In this document: positions 35,492 through 44,558 of the stretch, one piece after another
Numbering within the stretch: position 1 is the stretch's first letter
Layout of the letters: each line of letters begins with the position of its first letter
Made by a program: the position numbers and the translations under genes
Notes under the pieces: generated by a model
What the model was told of the DNA's origin: nothing
Database searches by the model: none
The model's input: only the letters and a program-made list of their open reading frames with translations
Origin: an uncultured Verrucomicrobiota bacterium
GTDB taxonomy: Bacteria > Verrucomicrobiota > Verrucomicrobiia > Methylacidiphilales > CAMAQI01
Assembly (NCBI GenBank): GCA_964555235.1
Contig: CAZKRU010000001.1
Location: 7,915-71,914, forward strand
DNA length: 64,000 nt
Direction of reading: 5' to 3'

Positions 35492-36501
35492 AATCCATTC
35501 GACATTCCCTCACCCGAATCATCCTCGGCTTTCTCCTTCTGACAAACTTCATCCTGGGTGATGAAACGCCGACCGACAGCCTGTACATTCCTGAAGGATA
35601 TCTCAAAGTCTTCGAGGACAACTTTAGTGAATCCAAATTGAATACCGCCAAATGGTGGACCCGCTACATTTATAAAAATGGAATGCTGGCAACGCTCAAT
35701 CAGGAGCGTCAACTCTTTCGTGACAACGAGAATCATCTCTTCACCGGCAAATCACTCCAACTCACCGCTCGAAAAGTGAAAAATGAAAAAAATCCGTATT
35801 TTCTTTATGAATCCGGAATGATTCGATCGAAGATGACGTTCAAATATGGCTATTACGAATCCCGCGTCAAAATGCCGGGTGGCTTGGGTGTCTGGCCTGC
35901 CTTCTGGCTCAACAGTGATTCGGATTCAAACGGGAAGGCGGAGTGGCCTCCGGAAATTGACATCTTCGAGTTCGTGATCGATGGAAAAACGGAGCTACCC
36001 AACATGGTTCACACCGGGGTGATCAACAATACGCACAAGGATAAAAAATCACATCCCTGGAAGGCTGAAAATCTCTATGTCGACCCCGATTACAAACCCG
36101 GGAAGTCCCTCTCTGGAGGCGCCTACACCGCTCCGTTTAAATTCCCCGACGACTTCCATACCTTCGGTGCCTTGTGGGATACGGATGATACCGTGACCAT
36201 TTTTATTGATGGAAAGAAGATCGTGCAACGGCGTTATCTTTGGATCCATAAGGACGGCCGCGAGGCCCCGTACGCCCACGTACTACTAAATCTTTCCATT
36301 GGCGGAAACTGGGCCGGTCGCAATGGAATTGACGACTCCGCTTTTCCGCAATCCTTGGAAGTTGATTATGTTCGGGTCTATCAGAAAAAGGATCAGATCA
36401 AAACCGGCCAAAGCACGATTGGACATGATTTGATTTATAAACCTCCTCAAGAGGAAGAGGTTCCCGCCCCTTCAAAAGCGAATAGCGTCACTGAGGATTA
36501 A
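35488..36501 (+). CDS. Glycoside hydrolase family 16-like enzyme
   Basis: 337 aa with a signal peptide, GVWPAFWL and EWPPEIDIFEF (the GH16 E-x-D-x-x-E motif). An ATGA overlap links it to the upstream paralog. Confidence 0.85.
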   Translation: MKSIRHSLTRIILGFLLLTNFILGDETPTDSLYIPEGYLKVFEDNFSESKLNTAKWWTRYIYKNGMLATLNQERQLFRDNENHLFTGKSLQLTARKVKNEKNPYFLYESGMIRSKMTFKYGYYESRVKMPGGLGVWPAFWLNSDSDSNGKAEWPPEIDIFEFVIDGKTELPNMVHTGVINNTHKDKKSHPWKAENLYVDPDYKPGKSLSGGAYTAPFKFPDDFHTFGALWDTDDTVTIFIDGKKIVQRRYLWIHKDGREAPYAHVLLNLSIGGNWAGRNGIDDSAFPQSLEVDYVRVYQKKDQIKTGQSTIGHDLIYKPPQEEEVPAPSKANSVTED

Positions 36502-36513
36502 CTCAGCAACGTC

Positions 36514-37311
36514 ATGTATCCCCTCACCATCTCCCGCCTGATCGAGCAGATCCAACAGCAAATGCCGCCTCCGTTGGAAAAGACAAGCGTCGACTCCTTT
36601 AAATGCGGAGATCCGACACAACCCCTTCGAGGCATTGTAATAACCTTTCTGGCAACCTACGCCGTATTGGAGCAAGCCGTCTCACTCAATGCTAATCTCA
36701 TCATTACGCACGAACCCACATTTTTTTCGGGTCGCGATGCCTCCGATTGGCTTGAAAGCGATTCGACCTATCAAGCGAAGCGGGAGTTTTTAATAAAACA
36801 TCAACTCACGGTTTGGCGCAATCACGACGGAATTCATTACCGTCGACCGGATGGAATTTTCACCGGAATGATCGAAAAGCTCGGATGGAAGAATCGAATG
36901 ATTCCCGAAGACCACTCCTTGATCGAAATTCCGTCCCTCACCCTTGAGCAGCTTGCCCACCACTGCAAGGAGCGGCTTGGAATTCAAAAAATTAAAATCG
37001 CGGGAAATCCCCTCCAACCGTGCGAGACCCTCGCCCTTCTTCCGGGAGCCAGCGGAGGAAAATCGCAAATTGAGCAACTCCGCCGAAAAAATGTCGATGC
37101 CGTCATTTGTGGGGAGAGCCCGGAATGGGAAACCTGCGAGTACGTCCGGGATGCCACACGCCTTGGAAAACGAAAGGCACTCATTGTGCTCGGTCACGCG
37201 AATAGCGAAGAAGCCGGAATGGAATGGTTTGCGAACTGGTTAAGACCGCAGGTTCCCAAGGAAATCCCAATCACCCATATCCCCACAACCGATCCGTTTC
37301 AATTCATTTAA
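36514..37311 (+). CDS. NIF3/YbgI-family dinuclear metal-centre protein
   Basis: 265 aa with LIITHEPTFF, WRNHDGIH and LGHANSEEAG motifs. Confidence 0.75.
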   Translation: MYPLTISRLIEQIQQQMPPPLEKTSVDSFKCGDPTQPLRGIVITFLATYAVLEQAVSLNANLIITHEPTFFSGRDASDWLESDSTYQAKREFLIKHQLTVWRNHDGIHYRRPDGIFTGMIEKLGWKNRMIPEDHSLIEIPSLTLEQLAHHCKERLGIQKIKIAGNPLQPCETLALLPGASGGKSQIEQLRRKNVDAVICGESPEWETCEYVRDATRLGKRKALIVLGHANSEEAGMEWFANWLRPQVPKEIPITHIPTTDPFQFI

Positions 37312-38381
37312 GACGTTCGTCCTTGAAAAATTGCGGTAGATCCCCGCTGAATCAACTGCACAGGAAGCGTATAATGCCGGGGCTGACCGGTCAAAAGGCC
37401 GCTTCCGCGCTCCATATTAATTTGCGCCGCCTTTTGTCCCATCTCATACCCATTTTGCTCAATGGTTGTTAAGGGCGGAACCATCACCTCGGCATTACTG
37501 GAATTTCCGACACCGACCACACTCAAATCGCGTGGCAACGAAAGGTTCAAACGCTTTGCCGCACGATAAACTTGTTGCGCCAATCCATCGGTGCAGGCGA
37601 TAACGGCGCTGATGGAAGCGTCTTGACGAAGCGACTCCAATATCTGCTCCGTCACATCCGAGTCAATCGGCACGCGCATTAAACGAACCACTGTATTGGG
37701 AATTGGCTTGACCTCACTAAGCAATGCCTCACTTCGATGATCGGCCCATCCGAGATTTTCTGGACCCGAAACCACTAAGAAATTCCGATGATTCAAAGCC
37801 GCAAGATGCGAGACGATCAACTTGGCGATCATGAATTCGTCCGAAGCGAGTGTATCCGCAGACAACTGAGGCATCGCATGATCAATGGAGACCAATGGAA
37901 TCTGTCGGCTCTCAAACTCCTTCAAACAGTCTGCATAAAGCGAGGTGAAACGAGGCCAGAGAATCACTCCATCCACCCAGTGATCCAACAACCGATGAAT
38001 CTGCTGAATCGCGTAATCCTCACTTTTGATTTCAGGGCGAATACTATCCCACAAAAAGATTGGAAGATGATCCGCCTCTATGAGGCGATCGTGAATTCCG
38101 TGAACCACCGCCGTCCAAAATGATCCTTGAGGATGAACCAAAACTCCTATCATCCGGCTTTTACCACTGCGAATTCCACGGACCAGCGCATTGGGACGAT
38201 AGCCCATTTTTTTAGCCATCTCAATTACTTTGGCCTGCGTCTTCAAGGCGGCCCCCTTGTCCCCTCTCAAAATAAGAGAAACCGTCGCCCGGGAAACCCC
38301 TAGAGCTTTCCCAATGGCTGCCTGACTGACTCTCTTGGGGCGAAGTCCCTGCCACGATTTTGAAGGCTTAATTTTACTCAA
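37308..38381 (-). CDS. LacI-family transcriptional regulator
   Basis: 357 aa. The N-terminal HTH is VSQAAIGKALGVSRATVSLILRG, and the rest is a periplasmic-binding-protein-like core. Confidence 0.88.
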   Translation of the reverse strand: MSKIKPSKSWQGLRPKRVSQAAIGKALGVSRATVSLILRGDKGAALKTQAKVIEMAKKMGYRPNALVRGIRSGKSRMIGVLVHPQGSFWTAVVHGIHDRLIEADHLPIFLWDSIRPEIKSEDYAIQQIHRLLDHWVDGVILWPRFTSLYADCLKEFESRQIPLVSIDHAMPQLSADTLASDEFMIAKLIVSHLAALNHRNFLVVSGPENLGWADHRSEALLSEVKPIPNTVVRLMRVPIDSDVTEQILESLRQDASISAVIACTDGLAQQVYRAAKRLNLSLPRDLSVVGVGNSSNAEVMVPPLTTIEQNGYEMGQKAAQINMERGSGLLTGQPRHYTLPVQLIQRGSTAIFQGRTS

Positions 38382-38413
38382 GTTTAATACTCCATTTTCA
38401 ATAATTTAGCTTA

Positions 38414-38428
38414 CTATCAGATGATAAT
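38414..38428. promoter_or_regulatory. TTATCATATGATAAT-type palindrome, copy in LacI/GH130 divergent region
   Basis: ctatcagatgataat (13/15), 33 nt upstream of the LacI-family start. Confidence 0.45.
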
Positions 38429-38528
38429 TTTTTTACAACGTTTTTGTTCAAAAAATTAAAAAATGGATCAAACATTGATTGCTTTCTATCAAAAATAATC
38501 GCTTTGATTATTTGGCTAAATTACAAAT

Positions 38529-38556
38529 TTGACATATGATAATTTTTTGCTTTAAT
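38529..38556 (+). promoter_or_regulatory. Near-consensus sigma70-type promoter overlapping a TTATCATATGATAAT-type palindrome
   Basis: TTGACA (38529-34), a 16-nt spacer and TTTAAT (38551-56) end 6 nt before the ATG at 38563. The palindrome ttgacatatgataat (38529-38543, 13/15) covers the -35 box and spacer. Confidence 0.5.
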
Positions 38557-38562
38557 TGTAAC

Positions 38563-39561
38563 ATGAATTCATCCAATTCAAAAATCCAGATTGTCAGCAA
38601 CTCAATCCCCAATATCCCTTGGCAGGAACGTCCTATCGGAGACATCTCGGTTGTATGGCGCTACTCAAGCAACCCAGTGATCCCGAGAAACCCCTTTCCA
38701 ACAGCCAACAGCGTCTTTAACAGCGCAGTGGTTCCCTTCAATGGGAAATTCGCCGGCGTCTTCCGCTGTGATGACACCTCCCGACTTCAGAACCTCCACG
38801 CGGGCTTTAGCGATAACGCCATCGACTGGAAGATCAACCCGGAGCCCATCCGATTTATCGGAGCGGATTCGGAAATCGCAAAATGGAACTTCGGCTACGA
38901 TCCCCGCGTTGTATGGCTCGAGGATCGATTCTATATCACCTGGTGCAATGATTATCATGGTCCCACCATTGGTGTGGCGTGGACCCAGGATTTCAAAACC
39001 TTCCACCAGATTGAGAATTCATTTCTCCCTTACAACCGAAACGGCGTTCTCTTTCCTCGCAAGATCAACGGAAAGTATCATCTCCTCAGCCGCCCCAGCG
39101 ACGGAGGACACACCGCATTCGGGGATATTTTTGTCAGCAGCAGCACCGACATGGTTCACTGGGGCTGCCACCGTCACGTCATGTCGAAAGGGGGAACTCC
39201 CTGGCAGGGAACCAAAATCGGCGCTGGCCCAATTCCCATTGAAACTACCGAGGGCTGGCTGATGTTTTATCACGGCGTTCTCAGTTCCTGCAATGGCATG
39301 GTTTATGCCTGGAGCGCAGCACTGCTGGATCTCGAAAAGCCCTGGAAGGTGATACACCGCCCAAAACCCTATCTTCTCGCACCCTGGGAAATTTATGAGT
39401 GCGTGGGAGATGTCCCAAATGTCACCTTCCCCACTTCCGCCCTGACGGATGCAACAACCGGTAGAATCGCCATCTATTATGGCTGCGCAGATACCGTAAC
39501 GGGAATAGCATTCTGCCAAGTAGATGAAGTAATCGCTTGGCTGAAATCAAATTCCCTTTAG
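38563..39561 (+). CDS. GH130-like glycoside phosphorylase/hydrolase (beta-mannoside type)
   Basis: Motifs FGYDPRVVWL, YNRNGVLFPRKINGKY, WLMFYHGV and IYYGCADT are typical of GH130 five-bladed propellers. The ORF-track start at 38536 lies inside the promoter palindrome, so M10 (38563) is preferred. Confidence 0.82.
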   Translation: MNSSNSKIQIVSNSIPNIPWQERPIGDISVVWRYSSNPVIPRNPFPTANSVFNSAVVPFNGKFAGVFRCDDTSRLQNLHAGFSDNAIDWKINPEPIRFIGADSEIAKWNFGYDPRVVWLEDRFYITWCNDYHGPTIGVAWTQDFKTFHQIENSFLPYNRNGVLFPRKINGKYHLLSRPSDGGHTAFGDIFVSSSTDMVHWGCHRHVMSKGGTPWQGTKIGAGPIPIETTEGWLMFYHGVLSSCNGMVYAWSAALLDLEKPWKVIHRPKPYLLAPWEIYECVGDVPNVTFPTSALTDATTGRIAIYYGCADTVTGIAFCQVDEVIAWLKSNSL

Positions 39562-39636
39562 TAGCCTTTGGACTTGCTAAGCCCTACAGACTGCTAGGCT
39601 TTTTCTACAAGAAAAAGCTCCCAACCCGAACACCTC

Positions 39637-41184
39637 ATGAGAATTCTCTACATTGATATTGATAGCCTGCGCCCAGATCATCTGGGCTGCTACGGATACC
39701 ATCGCAACACCAGTCCGTCGATCGATCAGATCGCTCGTGACGGAGTGATCTTTCGAAAAACATACACCGTCGACTCCCCCTGTCTTCCTTCCCGTTCCGC
39801 ACTCTATTCCGGACGTTTTGGAATTCAAACTGGTGTCGTCGGACACGGCGGAATCTCCTCACAGCCAAAAATCCAAGATATGAATACCCGCCGCTTTCGT
39901 GACACTTTTGTGGAGCAAGGCTTCATCCGAGAGCTTACCCGCAAAGGCTGGCACACGGCGATGATCAGTCCTTTTGGCCAACGTCACGCCGCCCACTGGT
40001 TCTACGCCGGCTTTTTGGAGATTCATAACACCGGCCACGAAGGAATGGAATCCGCAGAACAAATCCAGCCCTACGTCGACAAATGGATGCATGAAAATGC
40101 AAAGCATGACAATTGGTACTTGCACGTGAATTACTGGGATCCGCACACTCCTTACCGGGTTCCCCTTGAATATGGGGATCCCTTCGCCAACGATCCGCTT
40201 CCAGCCTGGCTCACCGACGAGAAGCTCATTGAGCGACACTCAAAAAAAGTCGGCCCTCACACTGCCCAGGATATCGGAGGCATGTACGATGACCGCGAAG
40301 ATCCCCGCTACCCGCGTCACCTCGGAAAAATCTCCAACCTGAATGATGTTCGCCGCTTGATTGACGGCTACGACACCGGCATCCGATACGCCGATGATCA
40401 CATCGCCAAGATCATCGCGACCCTCAAAGCCGCAGGCGTTTACGAAGAGACCGCCATCATTATTTCCGGGGATCACGGAGAAAGCTTCGGAGAACTCGGG
40501 ATCTACGGCGAACACGCCACCGCGGATGAATCCGTCAACCACATCCCGATGATCATCAAATGGCCCGGAGGAAGAAAAGGAGCGGAGGAAAATGGGCTTC
40601 ACTACAATATCGATCTCGTTCCCACTCTCATGGACCTGACGGAAACCAGAAAACACGAAATTTGGGACGGAAAATCCTTCGCTGAATCCATCACCAAGGA
40701 GAGCGAAACCGGGCGGAACGAGTTGATCCTGAGTCACTGCGCCATGACCTGTCAGCGCTCGGTTCGCTGGAGCCAATGGCTCTACATCCGCACCTATCAT
40801 GACGGATTCCATCTCTACCCCCAGGAGATGCTCTTTGATATCGAACGTGACCCCTACGAACAAAATGATCTCACCGCGCAGCATCCCGAACTGTGCAAGG
40901 AAGGAGCATGGCGGCTCCTTCGCTGGCATGATGAGCAGATGCAGAAAATGGCAAAGTATTCTACGGACTCCGTGGATCCGCTCTGGAGCGTCATGCGAGA
41001 AGGCGGCCCTTTTCACGCCAACCTTCAAGAGCAGACCCGCGACCCCGGCGGCATCGACGGCTTTCTTAAATACCTGAAGCGCCTAGATGAAACCGGCCGC
41101 AAAGAGGGAAGCGACGCTCTGCGCAAAAAATACGCCGCATTCCTCCCTTCTGAAAAAATTAATCCCCGTCGATCGGATTCCTGA
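39637..41184 (+). CDS. Sulfatase (formylglycine-dependent, S1 family)
   Basis: 515 aa with ILYIDIDSLRPDHLGCYG, SPCLPSRSALYSG (C-x-P-S-R) and IISGDHGE. Confidence 0.9.
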   Translation: MRILYIDIDSLRPDHLGCYGYHRNTSPSIDQIARDGVIFRKTYTVDSPCLPSRSALYSGRFGIQTGVVGHGGISSQPKIQDMNTRRFRDTFVEQGFIRELTRKGWHTAMISPFGQRHAAHWFYAGFLEIHNTGHEGMESAEQIQPYVDKWMHENAKHDNWYLHVNYWDPHTPYRVPLEYGDPFANDPLPAWLTDEKLIERHSKKVGPHTAQDIGGMYDDREDPRYPRHLGKISNLNDVRRLIDGYDTGIRYADDHIAKIIATLKAAGVYEETAIIISGDHGESFGELGIYGEHATADESVNHIPMIIKWPGGRKGAEENGLHYNIDLVPTLMDLTETRKHEIWDGKSFAESITKESETGRNELILSHCAMTCQRSVRWSQWLYIRTYHDGFHLYPQEMLFDIERDPYEQNDLTAQHPELCKEGAWRLLRWHDEQMQKMAKYSTDSVDPLWSVMREGGPFHANLQEQTRDPGGIDGFLKYLKRLDETGRKEGSDALRKKYAAFLPSEKINPRRSDS

Positions 41185-41225
41185 CCCTCCCTTCACTCTG
41201 GAGTGATTCGAGCGGAACGAAGTGG

Positions 41226-42566
41226 TCACACCGATTCCTTTTCTTTTAAAAGCCGGGCGGGAACTCCGACAATTAAAGTGATTGCTCCAAGGAGAAGGAT
41301 TCCTCCAATCACCGCAAAGCCCGCATAGTAACTTCCCGTAGCCGCTTTGACTTGTCCAATAATCACCGGACTAGCGAATCCACCGAGCCCGCCGAGACTG
41401 CTCACCAACGCAATCCCTGCCGCCGCAGCCGAGCCAGACAAATAGGCCGGAGGAATTGTCCAAAAAACCGCAAATCCGCTGTAAATTCCTGAAGCCCCAA
41501 CCACGACAAGAAGAAACGCCAGTCGCGCATCATACGCCGCCGTCCAACCGAGCAATCCGAAGCAGAGCGCTCCCACCACCATCCCCGTCGCTACATGCCA
41601 TCGGCGCTCCATCGTTCGATCCGAATGTCGTCCCACGAAGTACATCGCCACCGCTGCAGCGGCGTAAGGAATCGCTGAAAGCCAGCCAATATTCCCAACA
41701 CTCTGCACTCCCATCGTTTGAATCAGCGACGGCATCCACAGGGTCATAGAATTGTTTCCGCAAAGAATTGCAAAATAGACAACAACGACGACATAGACCT
41801 TCGGATCCAAAAATGCCTGACTCAGTCCGCCCCCTGAACGACGGTTCACTTTCTTTCGATGATCTGCCTCAATCTCCGATAAAACCATCCGCCGCTCCCG
41901 CTCCGTCAGCCAATTCACTTCTTCCGGACGATCATGCAGATAAAAATAGGCGTAAATTCCAAGCGCAACCGTCGGAAGTCCTTCCAACAAAAAAAGCCAC
42001 TGCCAGCTTTTGAGAATTGTCACGCCGGACATCCCCTCCATGATCCATCCGGAGAGAGGGCCGCCAATGACTGCCGCCAGAGTGTTCCCAATTAAAAAGA
42101 GCGAAGTGATTCTTGCCCGACGACTCGCCGGAAACCAGTAGGTCAGATAAAGAATCAACCCCGGAAAAAAACCGGCCTCCGCAGCTCCGAGCAAAAAACG
42201 GGCGACATAAAATTGCATCGGAATCGTCACAAAAGCCATCCCCGCAGAAATCGTCCCCCAAATCACCATGATTCGAGTAAACGTAATCCGTGCCCCGACT
42301 TTTTGCAGATAGAGATTGCTCGGCACCTCAAAAAACATGTAGCCTATAAAAAAGAGCCCAGCCCCCAAACCATAAGCCGCATCCCCAAGACCGAGATCCC
42401 GCATAAATTCGAGCTTCGCAAAACTCACATTGATCCGGTCGAGATGACTGAAGAGATAGCAGACAAAAAGCAGTGGAAAGATTTTGAAAGTAATCTTGCG
42501 AAAGACCAGATCTGCCTCACGAGGAGTATGGGCCAATTCCATCGATGAATGAGAAACAGCCTTCAT
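41226..42566 (-). CDS. MFS transporter (anionic sugar/sugar-acid type, ACS-like)
   Basis: 446 aa with about 12 predicted TM helices and a composition like hexuronate/galactonate transporters. An ATGA overlap links it to the upstream gene. Confidence 0.8.
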   Translation of the reverse strand: MKAVSHSSMELAHTPREADLVFRKITFKIFPLLFVCYLFSHLDRINVSFAKLEFMRDLGLGDAAYGLGAGLFFIGYMFFEVPSNLYLQKVGARITFTRIMVIWGTISAGMAFVTIPMQFYVARFLLGAAEAGFFPGLILYLTYWFPASRRARITSLFLIGNTLAAVIGGPLSGWIMEGMSGVTILKSWQWLFLLEGLPTVALGIYAYFYLHDRPEEVNWLTERERRMVLSEIEADHRKKVNRRSGGGLSQAFLDPKVYVVVVVYFAILCGNNSMTLWMPSLIQTMGVQSVGNIGWLSAIPYAAAAVAMYFVGRHSDRTMERRWHVATGMVVGALCFGLLGWTAAYDARLAFLLVVVGASGIYSGFAVFWTIPPAYLSGSAAAAGIALVSSLGGLGGFASPVIIGQVKAATGSYYAGFAVIGGILLLGAITLIVGVPARLLKEKESV

Positions 42567-43723
42567 GATGAGACTCCGTATCGATGTCCGACTTGAAAGG
42601 ATTTCAACCTCTTCAGGTCCGGAGCCACCCCCAGTCCCGCCTCATCGGAAAGCTGAATGCCCCCTTCCTTTAACGTTGAGATTGCCGGAGCTAGCAAATC
42701 CCGCAGCGGATTCGGGTTTGCATCCACCTCCACAAAGCCATTTCCGCCAAGGGCCGCTTTCAAATGAAGTGACGCCATCAATCCCATCCCGCTACCGAGC
42801 CAATGCGGACAAAAAAGTCGCCCCGCTTCCAGCACCGCTTTTCCCACCGGAAGACATCCACTAAATCCTCCCCACTTTGCCAAATCCGGCTGAATCACGG
42901 ACAACGCCCCCGCCTCTGTCGCCTCTCTGAAATTTTCAGCACCTCGAAGATTCTCACCCGCCGCCAAAGGAATCGGAGAGTGGCTTGAAAGTTTTTTCCA
43001 CTCATCGATCGTAGAATCCGCCGCAATCGGTTCTTCAAGCCAGAAGAGGTTAAATTCCTCCAAAACGCGACTCATTTCTTTCGCCTCTTCCAGAGTCCAT
43101 CCTTGATTCGCATCCGCCAATACTCGCGTCTCCGCTCCGAGTTCACGACGCAATCCCTGCAAATTGGCTGAATCGCGATCCACTCCAAAACCGATTTTTA
43201 ATTTAAAGGCACGATACCCCTCCTCATATTTCAAGGCCGCCAGTTTTTCCGGCTGAGTCGGATTCAATCCCGAGGCATAGACGCCGATCTCCGGACTGCC
43301 GCCGAACAATTTCCACAACGGCATTTTCATCCGTTTCCCCACCATATCCCACAAAGCGATATCCACTCCGGCGATGACCTGCGCCATGGTCCCCGGCTCT
43401 CCACATTGAATTCCCAAAATTCTCAACCGTTTTGAAAGCTCCTCGAAAACTTCCCGGGGCCCGCTCCACTCACGGCTCAATAAAAACGGGGCCACATTCG
43501 ATTCGAAAACCCGCGCCCGATGCTCTGCGCCAACCCCTGGAAAATTACACCAGACTTCCCCCCACCCGAAACACCCCTCTGAATCCTCCACCCGAACCAA
43601 AACCGCAGGGCGGTCCGTCATGATTCCAAATGACGTCTGCACGGGCGTTTCAATCGGCGCCCTGAAAACCAGCGCTTCAACCCGGCTCAGCCGGAACGGA
43701 AACTGTCCTTCAAATCCACTCAT
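42563..43723 (-). CDS. Enolase-superfamily enzyme (mandelate racemase/muconate lactonizing family; sugar-acid dehydratase or cycloisomerase)
   Basis: 386 aa with AFKLKIG (KxK), ADANQGWTLEEA, LFWLEEPI and VIQPDLAKWGG. Confidence 0.85.
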   Translation of the reverse strand: MSGFEGQFPFRLSRVEALVFRAPIETPVQTSFGIMTDRPAVLVRVEDSEGCFGWGEVWCNFPGVGAEHRARVFESNVAPFLLSREWSGPREVFEELSKRLRILGIQCGEPGTMAQVIAGVDIALWDMVGKRMKMPLWKLFGGSPEIGVYASGLNPTQPEKLAALKYEEGYRAFKLKIGFGVDRDSANLQGLRRELGAETRVLADANQGWTLEEAKEMSRVLEEFNLFWLEEPIAADSTIDEWKKLSSHSPIPLAAGENLRGAENFREATEAGALSVIQPDLAKWGGFSGCLPVGKAVLEAGRLFCPHWLGSGMGLMASLHLKAALGGNGFVEVDANPNPLRDLLAPAISTLKEGGIQLSDEAGLGVAPDLKRLKSFQVGHRYGVSS

Positions 43724-43730
43724 TCATCCC

Positions 43731-44543
43731 TTACTGAATCAAGTTGATGGATTTTAGAAATTTCTCCATTTGATCCATCGTCCTGGGTTTTTCCTGCGCA
43801 TAATTGAAAAACCCGTGTTTTTTGTTTTCATAAGAAAAAAGCTCGCACCGATTTCCACTCGCCTTCATTTTTTCACCAAAAGACTGCGCGGTTGCATAGG
43901 GAACCACTTGATCCGCCGTCCCATGAAAAACTGCAGTCGGAGGCAGTCCAGCAATCACCTGGTGGATCGGAGAGTATCGGCGGGCAACGTCCTCCTCCCC
44001 AAAAATAGACACCTTCTTCGTCACATCTAGCGCAGGGTTAAACAATATCATCGCCCGTGGAATTTTATAAATCTCCTGCGGATCGATTTCAGCCTCCCGG
44101 AGCATCACCGTGCAAGCCGCAAGATGGCCGCCGGCGGAACCTCCCGCCACCACAATTTTTTCCGGATCGATTCCCAGTTCGTCCGCGTGTTCTTTCGTCC
44201 ACAGAACGGCCGCTTTCGCATCGGCGACCGCATCCATGCCGTTGGTTTTGTGTCGGCTGGAGACGCGATATTCAGGGGTCAGACCCACGACCCCCTTTTC
44301 TGAGAGAAACTCACATTGATCTTTGAACTGCTCCCGGCTTCCCCCTACCCACCCTCCTCCAAAAAAGAATATGACTGTTGTTCTCTTGTCCCCCGGCTTC
44401 CATTCTTTTGGCTTATAAACCGACATCGGAAGCTGGATTCCATTCACCTCGCGATAATTGATGTCGGAGCTGGTAGCGTCGGCTTTCGACGCGACACACC
44501 CCAATCCCATCAGCATCAACATGGCCAGCGCCGGTATTGTCAC
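43731..44543 (-). CDS. Secreted alpha/beta-hydrolase fold-3 esterase
   Basis: 270 aa with IFFFGGGWVGG (oxyanion region), AGGSAGGHLA (GxSxG) and FHGTADQVVP. Confidence 0.82.
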   Translation of the reverse strand: MTIPALAMLMLMGLGCVASKADATSSDINYREVNGIQLPMSVYKPKEWKPGDKRTTVIFFFGGGWVGGSREQFKDQCEFLSEKGVVGLTPEYRVSSRHKTNGMDAVADAKAAVLWTKEHADELGIDPEKIVVAGGSAGGHLAACTVMLREAEIDPQEIYKIPRAMILFNPALDVTKKVSIFGEEDVARRYSPIHQVIAGLPPTAVFHGTADQVVPYATAQSFGEKMKASGNRCELFSYENKKHGFFNYAQEKPRTMDQMEKFLKSINLIQ

Positions 44544-44558
44544 AGTAATGATACTCCT

